The notes: generated from the letters alone by a model not told the origin. DNA of 20,168 bases from Limisphaerales bacterium (GCA_044225505.1 JBGAIN010000016.1:62001-82168); one strand, 5' to 3'; shown: positions 9,001 to 16,354, numbered from the stretch's first letter. Program-made: numbers and translations.

Positions 9001-11368
9001 CTTGGATTCTATCAAACAGCCGACGGCCGGAGCGCGCTGGGATCAGATGAAGCAGAACTTCTTGCAGGACCTGCCGCTGCAGTTCGACCAGAGCTTCAAA
9101 GAGCTGCTCGAAGATGCGCGCAGCTTCGATCCCTCGATTCCGGAAGGGAGCAGTGAGATTTCGCCGGACCGGATTGACGATCTTGTGGGTCAGGGCGAGT
9201 CGCAAATCAGCAATCTCGTGGGCGACAAGATCGCGAAGAACTATCCAACGCCATCCAACCCGGCCGCGGGCGATGGGATTCACCAGGACTACGTCATCAT
9301 CATTGCGATCGAGGATTACTCCAGCAGTTTTGCGGGGCTTAAAGACGTCGAAATCTCTGGAACGGGTCTCAAGGTGCCGTTGCCTGTCTTTAATGCCAAT
9401 CTGCCCGGAACGCAGGGCGATGCCGATCTGTGGGTCGATTATTTCCGCAATGATCTGAACATCCCGTCGGATCAAATTACGGTGCTGCGAGATCGGATTG
9501 GGACTTCGGACGATAATATGACGTTCGATAAGATGCGGAAAGCGTGGCAGGACACGGTTGCGAAAGTGGATGCGGACGACAAGATCAAGTTCATCTACTC
9601 GGGACACGGCAGCGCCAACGGTGGATCCATGGTTATGAACACGCCCTACAACGCCGCGCAGGACCAATACGTTACTGCAGACAAACTGAAGGAACTCTTC
9701 GCGGGCGCTCCCAGCGAGTTGTTCATGGTCTTCGACTCTTGCCATAGCCAAACGATGGGCCTTGGTCTCCAAGGCATCTCCAGGTTGCGTTGGAATGCGG
9801 CGGTTTCGTCCGATGAAACCGCGCCCGACTCAGGGACGTATTCGGAAAACTTCATCGATGCGCTGCGCGATCAGTCCAATGATCTCAATAGCGACAAGAA
9901 AGTGTTTATTTCTGAGGCGACAATTGGCGCGAAGCAAACGTTCTCTAATGCCAAACAGCATCCTCAAAGTGGAGGCGATCCCAAGGTGGATCAGGAACTG
10001 CATGACGACATCGGAAATGCAACCCGGCAGCCGACCTTGGGTCAGCGCATTGGGAATGCTCTCCGGAACGTTGCCGCCGCTGTTACCAAAACCCTGACCA
10101 ATGTGTTTGCGCACGATCCGAATGAGAAAACGGGTCCCGTTGGATTCGGGCCGGATCATTACCTCGCTGGCGAGGAGATGTTCTTCTCAATCTATTTTGA
10201 GAACGATGCGCAACGCGCAAACGCCGCCGCCCAGGTAGTTACCGTCACTGATCGCCTGTCGCCGAACCTTGACTGGAGCACGCTCGCGTTTGGCCTGGTG
10301 CAAGTCGGGCAAACGACGCTGACGTTGGCTGGCACCGGCACGAACGCACATGGAGAAGTCTATCTGGTTTCTCAGGATGTCGTGTTGAGCGTCGATGCGA
10401 CTCTCAATGGAACGACCGGAGAGTTGAAATGGGTCTTCCGGACGCTGGATCCAGCAACGCGATTAGCGACCAAGGATCCGCTGGCAGGTTTCTTGCCCCC
10501 GAACGTGACGAAGCCGGAAGGGGAAGGGCATGTCAATTTCACCGTCCGACCGAAGGCAGGTTTGGCCCACGGAACGGAGATTCGAAATTCGGCGTCGATT
10601 GTTTTCGACGCCAATGAGGCGATCCTTACCAATGAGCTTTCGTATCGGATCGATGCCAAGGCGCCCGTATTTCAGGAAATCCGGATCAATGGAGGTGCGG
10701 CCCAGCGGGATCATCTGAGTTCGATTGATATCGTGTTCACTGAGGATACCACCATCACCGCTTCGCTCGACGCGTTCCGATTGCTCAAACGGTCGGATGG
10801 CAGTGTGGTCAGCCTCACTGGCGCACGAGTCTCGGTCGATCCGTCAACCAAGACATTGACTCTGGACGTTCAGGACCTCTCTGTCGCGCCAGGAAACTAC
10901 TCGTTCACGTTGATTGGTTCCGGTGTCAAAGATGAAGCGGGACTACAGGTCGCGGGCGATCACGGAGCTGAATTCTTCATTCAGCCAGGGTCCGCCGCGG
11001 GCAATCGGCAGGTCAACGATCTTGATTTGTATCGCGTCTGGCAAAACCTACTCAAACCCGTCGCGCAGCGAGATGTCAGTCACGATTTGAATCGAGACGG
11101 CCAGGTTACCGCGGAAGATCTCAATGTCGTTCGCGCGAACTACCTGAAAACTCTGCCGGCACCGTCGCCGACGTTGCAGTGGATCGGCAATGCGCCCGCG
11201 AGCAGCGAGGATCGATTCGCCCTCGGATCGCCCTTCCAAGCCATGGAAATCGGTCTTGGGACGGACGAGGACCCAATTATTTCGTCTTTTCGGGTCTCGT
11301 CTTCCGATAATAACGGGGCCGTTACGCTGATTCCGTTAGACGCTGCGACGAAGGACTCCGGAGCGTGA
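3077..11368 (+). CDS. Giant (2763 aa) extracellular multidomain protein: LEPRxLL motif, six beta-helix repeats, CARDB/Ig-like domains, caspase-like peptidase domain, DPNEK domain, dockerin-like C-terminus
   Basis: Uninterrupted 8.3-kb ORF. Motifs: IESLETRLLLS at aa 11-21; six '(F/I)TSxxDD..GGDTN.D....GD(W/F)' motifs; 'DPKF...L.DGSPAIDAG...DIGAFE' cap; FIYSGHG and FMVFDSCHS; HDPNEKTGP...ASIVFDAN; DLNRDGQVTAEDL. Confidence 0.92.
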   Translation: MRSRAIHAFAIESLETRLLLSAAAPAVDLPADSSGASAIHETATVALAGAQPSDVAEGSISDPTSDLFEGVAMEPLERDFSLSSLSVSAQGGGTWTGDIANGTVWGSGMVQRITGNIRVPAGSTLTIQPGAIVKFNAGTQLKVEGTLNAVGTEASPIHFTSVRDDSVGGDTNGDATATQAAAGDWDRIWTNGIGAKTILDYCRIQFAGKSGSQPDSAASISSGELIVTNSLIQRSLGEGLWVAAGKATLNENTIDTVDRFGIRVDTNEAVSITNNDINGARAGPISIKAGTPQVLTGNTSSNSGLTNFVRMLGGTIADARTWGAGLNFYVPEDITIGATGSLTLAPGLIVKLNASRFQVEGTMTGIGTSQLPIFFTSFKDDSIGGDTNGDGAATTAAAGDWNRIWVANQVGAKATFENARFAFGGKSGSAPDGIVTISKGELIVRNSTVERSFGEGVWIAGGKATIENNRISQTANFGVRVDTNELVTITNNTIQGAKAGPITIRAGTPQTLTGNTSSESGLANSIRMLGGTIADVRTWEPGLNYVVPEDITIASTGSLTISPGLILKMTNSRFEIAGVMTAIGTEQSPIWFTSLKDDSVGGDANGDSAATIPVAGDWNRVWVNGTSGKGTFDNVHFSYGGKSGSAPDGLVTISRGELIVRNSFVEHSFGEGVWLAGGKATIENNTISDTTNFGVRIETNDPVSLTGNRISSAKAGPLRFRPESPLTATGNSSTGSGRANAALVSSGSINGLRVWNDGIMSYVVEGLDIGSAGILELGAGRVLKMSTGARITVLGTLTAQGTEAAPVIFTSIRDDANGNDTNGDAGVTLPAPGDWDRIWVNDNAAKVTLDFTRLLYGGKIGGSQQLDSSISISRGLLNLSNSLVQFGAADGIWIAGGNATVTGTTIRDVKEYGFRVDERSIHQVLTNNLIERAGDGAIFQDSASDLDLTGTTWTASGRANAVVVGGGSVTTTRRWMGDTTYWLTDNLAVSGNLTVGAGAILKLPLRKGIQVDGTMILGEPSVNQGTQPNPVIITSARDDVGGDTNLDGSTTVPAAGDFFSLWHRSGNVTLQNVEIRFAGVEPISNNFAPTPAILSDGGTLRLDHVLVRDVFDVGLRARARANVIATNLEIENTGAAGISVQSGSLQIDRLNLNGIGGSAMTVTPGSLWTLQNVELGTAKFPGMEVIGDGTVSGPWTLGQFGTVIFTGQDSLTIDPTRGSLEILPGTILKMPPNFHIEANGPFRAVGSAIHPIVFTSIRDDTMGGDTNRDGVATLPAPGDWGYIALRNSNSQIENVRVNFGGKSNVGVNAAVLMNGGLTLKNTIIDHSSQDGLVITGPGLAVVNNLVVSNFAGSGVVRNSGTNAGLDLFGATIVGGKDGVYLANQSATITNSIISGASEAGIYVTGANAVVNSNYNLLFNPNSVRGNSFNSQSATWKPAGGMGIVTDDPKFFDPSAGVFELGDGSPAIDAGLVSDAHALGDLLDRARRNDTAVVNRGSGVVPFADIGAFERTLPAPNVDLIADDIRADWIVAPDALPNGFGGVPSQVKFTFSMTNSSDVPIVVNPLTNQFFIQPTSLGETPRDFPVILLGERLYNLNLAGGASATFTETFVIPTLFSGPYTAGITLDATNAFPESGAGELNNTTEAVAPLLFVNPVFTPGVPIKAPIDLNGVIFDLPESGNLIKLGSLSILSPVNAKAYLFNEDADFSLPPDWKLPPPLVLLPAGTPVDVQQVFQPNSFLFLLPDTLAPQGAEFTASFFTIDAGRIERVFPSTLGNSGLGTLRFFGGPFPDDASIGLAGPNNMTVLSQDIQYTEEGVELIGQFNLNGVAAGEYVPFVQMNGTRLTTAPIEIVNGGADPLRVTLTGPDVLRAGVPMPFQLQWFNPGFVDSTTNLIQIPMPSGAHITFDPDDRERVTDLTLFGVSGHSTNFLSLPAQSGGHMDFYLTLDPGQPLVPLTVTAAPIDSPSFQVPADWGSFLDSIKQPTAGARWDQMKQNFLQDLPLQFDQSFKELLEDARSFDPSIPEGSSEISPDRIDDLVGQGESQISNLVGDKIAKNYPTPSNPAAGDGIHQDYVIIIAIEDYSSSFAGLKDVEISGTGLKVPLPVFNANLPGTQGDADLWVDYFRNDLNIPSDQITVLRDRIGTSDDNMTFDKMRKAWQDTVAKVDADDKIKFIYSGHGSANGGSMVMNTPYNAAQDQYVTADKLKELFAGAPSELFMVFDSCHSQTMGLGLQGISRLRWNAAVSSDETAPDSGTYSENFIDALRDQSNDLNSDKKVFISEATIGAKQTFSNAKQHPQSGGDPKVDQELHDDIGNATRQPTLGQRIGNALRNVAAAVTKTLTNVFAHDPNEKTGPVGFGPDHYLAGEEMFFSIYFENDAQRANAAAQVVTVTDRLSPNLDWSTLAFGLVQVGQTTLTLAGTGTNAHGEVYLVSQDVVLSVDATLNGTTGELKWVFRTLDPATRLATKDPLAGFLPPNVTKPEGEGHVNFTVRPKAGLAHGTEIRNSASIVFDANEAILTNELSYRIDAKAPVFQEIRINGGAAQRDHLSSIDIVFTEDTTITASLDAFRLLKRSDGSVVSLTGARVSVDPSTKTLTLDVQDLSVAPGNYSFTLIGSGVKDEAGLQVAGDHGAEFFIQPGSAAGNRQVNDLDLYRVWQNLLKPVAQRDVSHDLNRDGQVTAEDLNVVRANYLKTLPAPSPTLQWIGNAPASSEDRFALGSPFQAMEIGLGTDEDPIISSFRVSSSDNNGAVTLIPLDAATKDSGA
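3551..6920 (+). repeat. Six intragenic ~216-224 aa repeats (right-handed beta-helix type)
   Basis: The anchor motif starts at 3551, 4199, 4850, 5501, 6173 and 6836, with spacings of 648, 651, 651, 672 and 663 nt. Confidence 0.9.
9281..9990 (+). other. Caspase-like (clan CD; C14/C13-like) domain inside the giant ORF
   Basis: YVIIIAIEDY...NLPGTQGDAD...ITVLRD...FIYSGHG (His2177, codon 9605-9607)...LFMVFDSCHS (Cys2222, codon 9740-9742)...GTYSENFIDAL...QHPQ. All metacaspase-fold landmarks appear in order. Confidence 0.85.
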
Positions 11369-12132
11369 AAATCCAGAATGTCATTCTGAGCTTGAGCATC
11401 CTGATGCACTTGCAGAGCTACGTGCTGGGGCAAGCGGTGAATGTCAGTGTGTCGCTCAGCAAGACGAACGTGACGGTCGGTGAATCCGTGAAATTGACGG
11501 TCTACGCTCAGATCGTTGCAGAAAAGCGCGCTTCGACGGACCGGATTTTCTCGTGGAATATCGATTTGCTGAATCTCAATCCCGGTGTCGCAGGGTTCAA
11601 TATCTCGACCTTGGCCAAAGCGGCATCGGACAAGGATCCAGCCACTTCTTCGGTCGGCTCGCTGGTTGGAGGCAACATCCGTGGGATTACGGATACGTTT
11701 ATTAATTTGTCGGGAGCGGGACGCGAAACGCCTGTGGAGCTCCTTTCGATTTCGGTTCAGGCCGTCGCGACAGGGACCGTCACCATTGCTGTCGAGGCGG
11801 GGACAGCTCCGGGCCTCTTTGGTGATTTCTTGGTCGCGCCGCTCGGTGGCGGTGAGAACCCGCTGGTCGGCGGTATCTATTCGAATGCCCGTGCGAGTTT
11901 CCAGGTCGGAGGCGGCGGGTCTAACCCGTTCCTGGGCGCGATTCTTAATGGCTCTGATTTCACACTGAGTTTTGTGCCAAAAGCTGGGATCAATCACTAT
12001 GTCGAATCGCGAGCGGATCTAAATCCCCTTTCTGCATGGAGCGTTCTTCCAGGAGCTCCGCATAACAGTGGAAAAGTGATCGACCGGGTGTCTGGAACCA
12101 CGAAGTTTTATCGCTTGCGTGTTGGAGACTAG
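11365..12132 (+). CDS. Secreted protein with a cohesin-like beta-sandwich and a verrucomicrobial-type C-terminal domain
   Basis: Signal peptide MKIQNVILSLSILMHLQSYVLG. VSVSLSKTNVTVGESVKLTVYA...FSWNIDL...VELLSISVQAVATGTVTI resembles a cohesin. The C-terminus reads YVESRADL...WSVL...KFYRLRV. The GTG start overlaps the upstream TGA (GTGA). Confidence 0.8.
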   Translation: MKIQNVILSLSILMHLQSYVLGQAVNVSVSLSKTNVTVGESVKLTVYAQIVAEKRASTDRIFSWNIDLLNLNPGVAGFNISTLAKAASDKDPATSSVGSLVGGNIRGITDTFINLSGAGRETPVELLSISVQAVATGTVTIAVEAGTAPGLFGDFLVAPLGGGENPLVGGIYSNARASFQVGGGGSNPFLGAILNGSDFTLSFVPKAGINHYVESRADLNPLSAWSVLPGAPHNSGKVIDRVSGTTKFYRLRVGD

Positions 12133-12419
12133 TCGTTGCCCGTAGAAGTTGTCATGAATCGGATGTTTTCGTGCCGAAGCTCGAGGAGGCGATCCATTCT
12201 GTCAGCCATCGGGATCCAACGCGTGTTCGGGTGATGACCGGCGGGTTGCGCCACCCTCTTTCGAACCAAAGCGGCGGACCGATTTCTCCTGCCGTCCAAT
12301 TCCCTCCGGATCGGTTTTGTTGGACAACCGTTTGTGATCGGAGAGTCAAAGCGCAAACCGATCTGGATCGGAGGTGTGTCGGTAGGCGGTGCCGGGTCTG
12401 TCGAGAAGATCAAGCGCAT
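12129..12419 (-). CDS. Hypothetical protein (~96 aa), uncertain
   Basis: Fills the gap between two real genes and shares the CTAG stop palindrome with the convergent upstream gene. No motif recognised. Confidence 0.3.
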   Translation of the reverse strand: MRLIFSTDPAPPTDTPPIQIGLRFDSPITNGCPTKPIRRELDGRRNRSAALVRKRVAQPAGHHPNTRWIPMADRMDRLLELRHENIRFMTTSTGND

Positions 12420-12670
12420 GGTTCTGTCGCGCGGAGAAACCGAAGTGATCGCAGCAGGCCAGGGAGTCAGCGTCTTGCACGGCGGGTAACCCTTCACGAG
12501 CTAGTGTGGTGACCGCCTCGAAAAACGTCAGCAACATCTCTATGTAGCGTTATCGGATTTACGTGTTGCTTGGCTCGAACCGCATCTTTCTGCGGTAGAG
12601 GCGTGGGGCAAGTGTGTCGTCGTTGCCGTTAGAGCTCCGGATTTGCCGGGCCGTCAAAAACGGCGTGCTA

Positions 12671-13810
12671 CTAAAAATACCTCCACCACGATTCCAGCGG
12701 GTTTTTGACTTTGAATTGAGAATAACATCGACAAAGTGGCCACAAGAAAAGCAGGCCAAGCACGCAAAGGCCTAAGGAGAGATGGAGATTCAGCCCGGGT
12801 GCTCCAATGAACCGCGAAAGCACGGCAAACAGACCGATGTGAGAGAAATAGAAAAAGAGAGGTGACCGGCCATATGAGTTCAGAGGGCTCATAAGATTTG
12901 GGAAAAGCTCCCAGAGTTTCGACAGCACAACGCACAAGGTCAGTACCCAACCGATATTCCAGAGCGTAAACGCAAGGCTCGGAGAATATTTTACGAATGT
13001 CAGAAAACCTGCCCAGCCGTGTCCTTGAACTACCCCCAAATTGCCCGCCCCGGCGAAAAACCGGATTGCCAACCCGCCGAAAACGGCAAGGGGTCCTGCA
13101 ACTCCCGCCCATCGAAGGCCCTGGGTAACATCCCTTGTCAAAAGCCGACCAAATAGAATTCCTAAAAGGCACAACCCAGACCAGGGTAGCGCCGAAAAAT
13201 AGATGATCAGCCCGTGGCTCTTGCCTGCCAGCACCGCGAGCGCAACAAGCAACGGCAGTTCCATTTCAGATCCTCTAAAGAACGGTGCAAACAATTCGGG
13301 TAGTATAATGAGAGCGAATCCCGCACTTCCCAGCGCCCACTTTTGGGCATTCCACATGGCCGCAGATAGTATCATACTAATTCCGAGCGCGTACATGACT
13401 CCGACATAGTTGAACCAGGATTCGTTGGGCTTGAGCGACCACAGTAGGTTCTCAAGGCAGAACTGCAGCGCGATCAGCACCAACCCGCGTAAAGCCAAGT
13501 GCCGCACAATCGTTTTGCCAGACCAGTTCATGCGCTGACGTGACACGGCGAAAAAGGTGATTCCACAGCCCATCAGGAAGAAGAAACCCGGTGCGCAAAG
13601 GCTCGAGCCCAGTCGAATGTAGGTTTCTGCGACGGATTCATCCGAAGTGAACGGCCCGTACCAAAAAAGGAACGAAGATTCGCGGGCACCGGACCAGAGC
13701 AAGTAAGTTCCATGATCAATGGCCATGGTCACGCAGATAAGACCGCGACAAAGATCCAGCCAGGTTAATCGTGCTGTATTGACTCGGGAGACCTCAGCAG
13801 AAACGCTCAT
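12671..13810 (-). CDS. DUF1624 / heparan-alpha-glucosaminide N-acetyltransferase-like membrane protein
   Basis: RLTWLDLCRGLICVTMAIDH, CAPGFFFLMG, RGLVLIALQ, KYSPSLAF, GRSPLFFYFSH and WWRYF C-terminus; multiple hydrophobic helices. Confidence 0.88.
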   Translation of the reverse strand: MSVSAEVSRVNTARLTWLDLCRGLICVTMAIDHGTYLLWSGARESSFLFWYGPFTSDESVAETYIRLGSSLCAPGFFFLMGCGITFFAVSRQRMNWSGKTIVRHLALRGLVLIALQFCLENLLWSLKPNESWFNYVGVMYALGISMILSAAMWNAQKWALGSAGFALIILPELFAPFFRGSEMELPLLVALAVLAGKSHGLIIYFSALPWSGLCLLGILFGRLLTRDVTQGLRWAGVAGPLAVFGGLAIRFFAGAGNLGVVQGHGWAGFLTFVKYSPSLAFTLWNIGWVLTLCVVLSKLWELFPNLMSPLNSYGRSPLFFYFSHIGLFAVLSRFIGAPGLNLHLSLGLCVLGLLFLWPLCRCYSQFKVKNPLESWWRYF

Positions 13811-13871
13811 AAGTTCGAATCAGGGCGATTTGCTACGAATCGGTAAAGCCGAGTCACTCAAAGACGACCCC

Positions 13872-14903
13872 TTACTTCGCTTTAATCTGAGTCCAGAGTT
13901 CGTCGTAAAGCTTGGTTTTATCGCCGAGATCGTTGGCATACTCGAGGCGGTTCATGATCTCAGCAGGCGGGAAGATGGACGAGTTCGTTAGAGTGGCCGG
14001 AGCGACAAGTGGAACCGCGGCCATATTGGCCGTCGCTTGCTGCGCTCTCTCGGCAAACTCGGCGCTGATCTTTGGCTCCAGCATGAAGTTAATGAACTTC
14101 TCGGCCAAGTCGCGATGCGGCGCATGGACGGGAATACTGAGCACATCAACATACACATTGGATCCCTCGCGGGGCACGAAGTAAGCCGTGCCCGGATCCT
14201 CCTTCATGCCTTTGATGGCATCACCATTGTAGGCAATGGTCAGCACCGCGTCCCTGACCAGAACGCGGTTCTTACAGCCGGCGCCACCTTCAAAGCCGAG
14301 GGAGCGCTTTTTGGTGGCAATCAATAGGTCGCGAGCGGCCGCGAGTTCCTTGGGATCAACACTGTTGATGCTATAGCCCAAATAACGCAGCGCTGCGCCA
14401 ATGGTCACGCGCGCGTCATCCATGAGCACGAAAGGCCCGGGTGTCTTGGTCGCGTCGAACAGGAGGCTCCAGGATTGATCTGGTGCCGTCGCGTCAGCTT
14501 TCCGGAGAAAGATGCCGCAGGTTCCCCAATCCAGTGGAACACTGTAGCGGTTGCCCGGGTCGAATGGGGCATTCGTGAACTGAGGGCTCAGATGTTTGAG
14601 GTTCGGAATGTTCTCCGGCCGCAGTTGTGCGAGGAGACCTCGGTGAATCATGGCGGGCAGCGTGGTATCACTCGGCACCACGATGTCGTAGCTCGAGGAG
14701 CCACCAGCCACCAGTTTGGCAATCATGCTGTCGGGGTCTTCAAAGAAGTCTACATTGACCTCGCAATGGAACTCCTTGGAAAACTCGGCGATGATTTTGG
14801 GGTCGAGGTACTCGCTCCAAATGAAAAGGTTGAGCTGGTCTTTGGGGTGGCCGCAACCGGCGAAGGAAATAGCCATGAGAAAAAGGCAGAGTCGATGAAA
14901 CAT
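13872..14903 (-). CDS. potD: Spermidine/putrescine ABC transporter substrate-binding lipoprotein (PotD/PotF family)
   Basis: Lipobox FAGC; LNLFIWSEYLDP, YDIVVPSD, FDPGNRYSVPLDWGT, PREGS, AEKFINFML, YDELWTQIK. Confidence 0.9.
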   Translation of the reverse strand: MFHRLCLFLMAISFAGCGHPKDQLNLFIWSEYLDPKIIAEFSKEFHCEVNVDFFEDPDSMIAKLVAGGSSSYDIVVPSDTTLPAMIHRGLLAQLRPENIPNLKHLSPQFTNAPFDPGNRYSVPLDWGTCGIFLRKADATAPDQSWSLLFDATKTPGPFVLMDDARVTIGAALRYLGYSINSVDPKELAAARDLLIATKKRSLGFEGGAGCKNRVLVRDAVLTIAYNGDAIKGMKEDPGTAYFVPREGSNVYVDVLSIPVHAPHRDLAEKFINFMLEPKISAEFAERAQQATANMAAVPLVAPATLTNSSIFPPAEIMNRLEYANDLGDKTKLYDELWTQIKAK

Positions 14904-15470
14904 TATCGTGAGGATTTGAGTTCGCTTCGAGGTGGATCGAAACTATGTCTTAGAATGTTTTGTTGCCGGCGAGTTCCGTTTTGGTTCCCAGTTTTTGTTC
15001 ATGCCTTCGTGGAGGGAGGTGAATCATTGAGTTGTTTCCAACGATGGGATGGCCAGGTCACGGCCCTCAAGAATTAGTGGGAACGCAATTTGTTGCAGCC
15101 GGACGGCTCAGCCAGCGCAAAGGATTCACGCCCGTCGATTAGGAGGTTAATTCGATCGATCCTCTCCACTTCACCAAATTGGCGCGTCCATTTCTCGTGT
15201 TTTGCCATTAGAGCCATGGGAGTTATGAATTCACAAAGAGTTTCAGATCTGCGTAAGCAACTCACGCAAAAACTCCTTCAGAATCATTGAAGAATTCAAA
15301 GCCCGTAAACCCGCGCTGCCATGGAGTCACTCCCATTGGAATGACAATCGGCTAGTTTGACTTCGCTTGTCGCTATCCTGGGGCGCCAGGTTGAAAACTC
15401 GCTGGTGCACCGCTAGTGTGGTGACCGCTAAGTCCTTATACTTTCGTTGCGCTCAAAATGGGTCCTGGCG

Positions 15471-15634
15471 AGGCGCATCTCGACAGTACCACCCTTTGAT
15501 GGCGCGCGGACTTGAGTCCGCCGGACCGTCCGATGCGGCCAGCAGCGCTCGAATCCTTCGCGATCGCGGTCGTGCCTGCGGACATTCCTGCGGGATAAAT
15601 CTCGCGATCCTGGTGGGACTGTCAAGATACGCCC
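15471..15634. mobile_element. 164-bp MITE/REPIN-like element, copy 2
   Basis: Same orientation as 2851-3014 with six substitutions and the same terminal inverted repeats. No flanking direct repeat here. Confidence 0.85.
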
Positions 15635-15661
15635 CGGAAGTGGTTGAATATCGTTATTTGG

Positions 15662-15691
15662 TTGTGTTCCCGCGCGACGCGTCCTTACACT
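15662..15691 (+). promoter_or_regulatory. Candidate promoter for the Yip1 gene, possibly leaderless
   Basis: TTGTGT, 18 bp, TACACT (15686-15691), with ATG at 15700 and no Shine-Dalgarno. Confidence 0.35.
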
Positions 15692-15699
15692 GGCCGCAC

Positions 15700-16335
15700 A
15701 TGATTACGGCGCTGCAACTGATTTTCTCGCCATTTGAAACCTGGCAGAAGATCACGAACGCTCAACGGGGCTTTGTCTGGACGTTGGTGTGCTATTTGAT
15801 TCCGCTCCTTGTTTTGTCCAATGGGGTTGAGGGTTTTTTGCTCAACCGTTGGGGCGAGAAGCGAGGCGAATTCGGATTTATGATCAAGGTGCCTGCGGAT
15901 CTGGCGATTCGCTATTCCGTAGCGTATTTCGTGATTCTGCTCCTGGCGGTCTTCGTTAGTTCCAAGTTTTTGACGATGGCGTCGGACAGTTTCAACGTCC
16001 GCACGACATTCTCGCAGGCTTTTACCTTGATGGGTCATGGTTTCGGTCCAATCATTCTGGCACGAATTCTGGACGGGTTGCCGCAGTTGAACACGTGGGT
16101 ATGTCTTGTCATCGGAGCGGCTGCTTCAACTTCCATCCTGTACTATGGGATTGGGATGGTGCTGCGCCCGGACCAGACCAAGGGGTTTGGTCTCTATTTG
16201 ATGTCCATATTTACAATTGTTTTGATGGGAGGCTTGGCTCACTTTGCGGCGTTGGCCGTCCTACACGGTAAGGTGTTGCGGCCGCATACAGCGGCTGGGT
16301 CAGTCAGGATGGAATGGCGGGTCGCATCCTGGTGA
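15700..16335 (+). CDS. Yip1-family membrane protein
   Basis: MITALQLIFSPFETWQKI... followed by about five hydrophobic helices with the 'TFSQAFTLMGH...P' and 'LYYGI..VL' patterns. The ORF extension to 15367 runs through the repeat element and is unlikely to be coding. Confidence 0.8.
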   Translation: MITALQLIFSPFETWQKITNAQRGFVWTLVCYLIPLLVLSNGVEGFLLNRWGEKRGEFGFMIKVPADLAIRYSVAYFVILLLAVFVSSKFLTMASDSFNVRTTFSQAFTLMGHGFGPIILARILDGLPQLNTWVCLVIGAAASTSILYYGIGMVLRPDQTKGFGLYLMSIFTIVLMGGLAHFAALAVLHGKVLRPHTAAGSVRMEWRVASW

Positions 16336-16354
16336 CGACTGCGGAAGCTGCTCC

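Noticed and set aside
3226..11997. Many long antisense or alternative-frame ORFs (e.g. 3515..4606, 6221..7228, 8996..9772, 11140..11997)
   Set aside because: Shadow ORFs of GC-rich coding sequence with no recognisable motifs.
12649..12665. Hairpin GCCGT-CAAAA-ACGGC after the DUF1624 gene as a terminator
   Set aside because: Only a 5-bp stem with no U-tract following on either strand.
14940..15300. Short ORFs between potD and the repeat (e.g. MNSQRVSDLRKQLTQKLLQNH and 15074..15265)
   Set aside because: No motif or other support, so they cannot be told apart from chance ORFs.
2851..15634. Composite transposon bounded by the two 164-bp elements
   Set aside because: The outer flanks (CGGTGAAGC left, CGGAAGTGG right) do not match, and copy 1 has its own flanking duplication, which favours independent insertions.
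15367..15699. N-terminal extension of the Yip1 ORF, and the ORFs at 2757..3005 and 15428..15625
   Set aside because: These frames run through the non-coding repeat element. Their shared peptide text simply reflects the DNA repeat.
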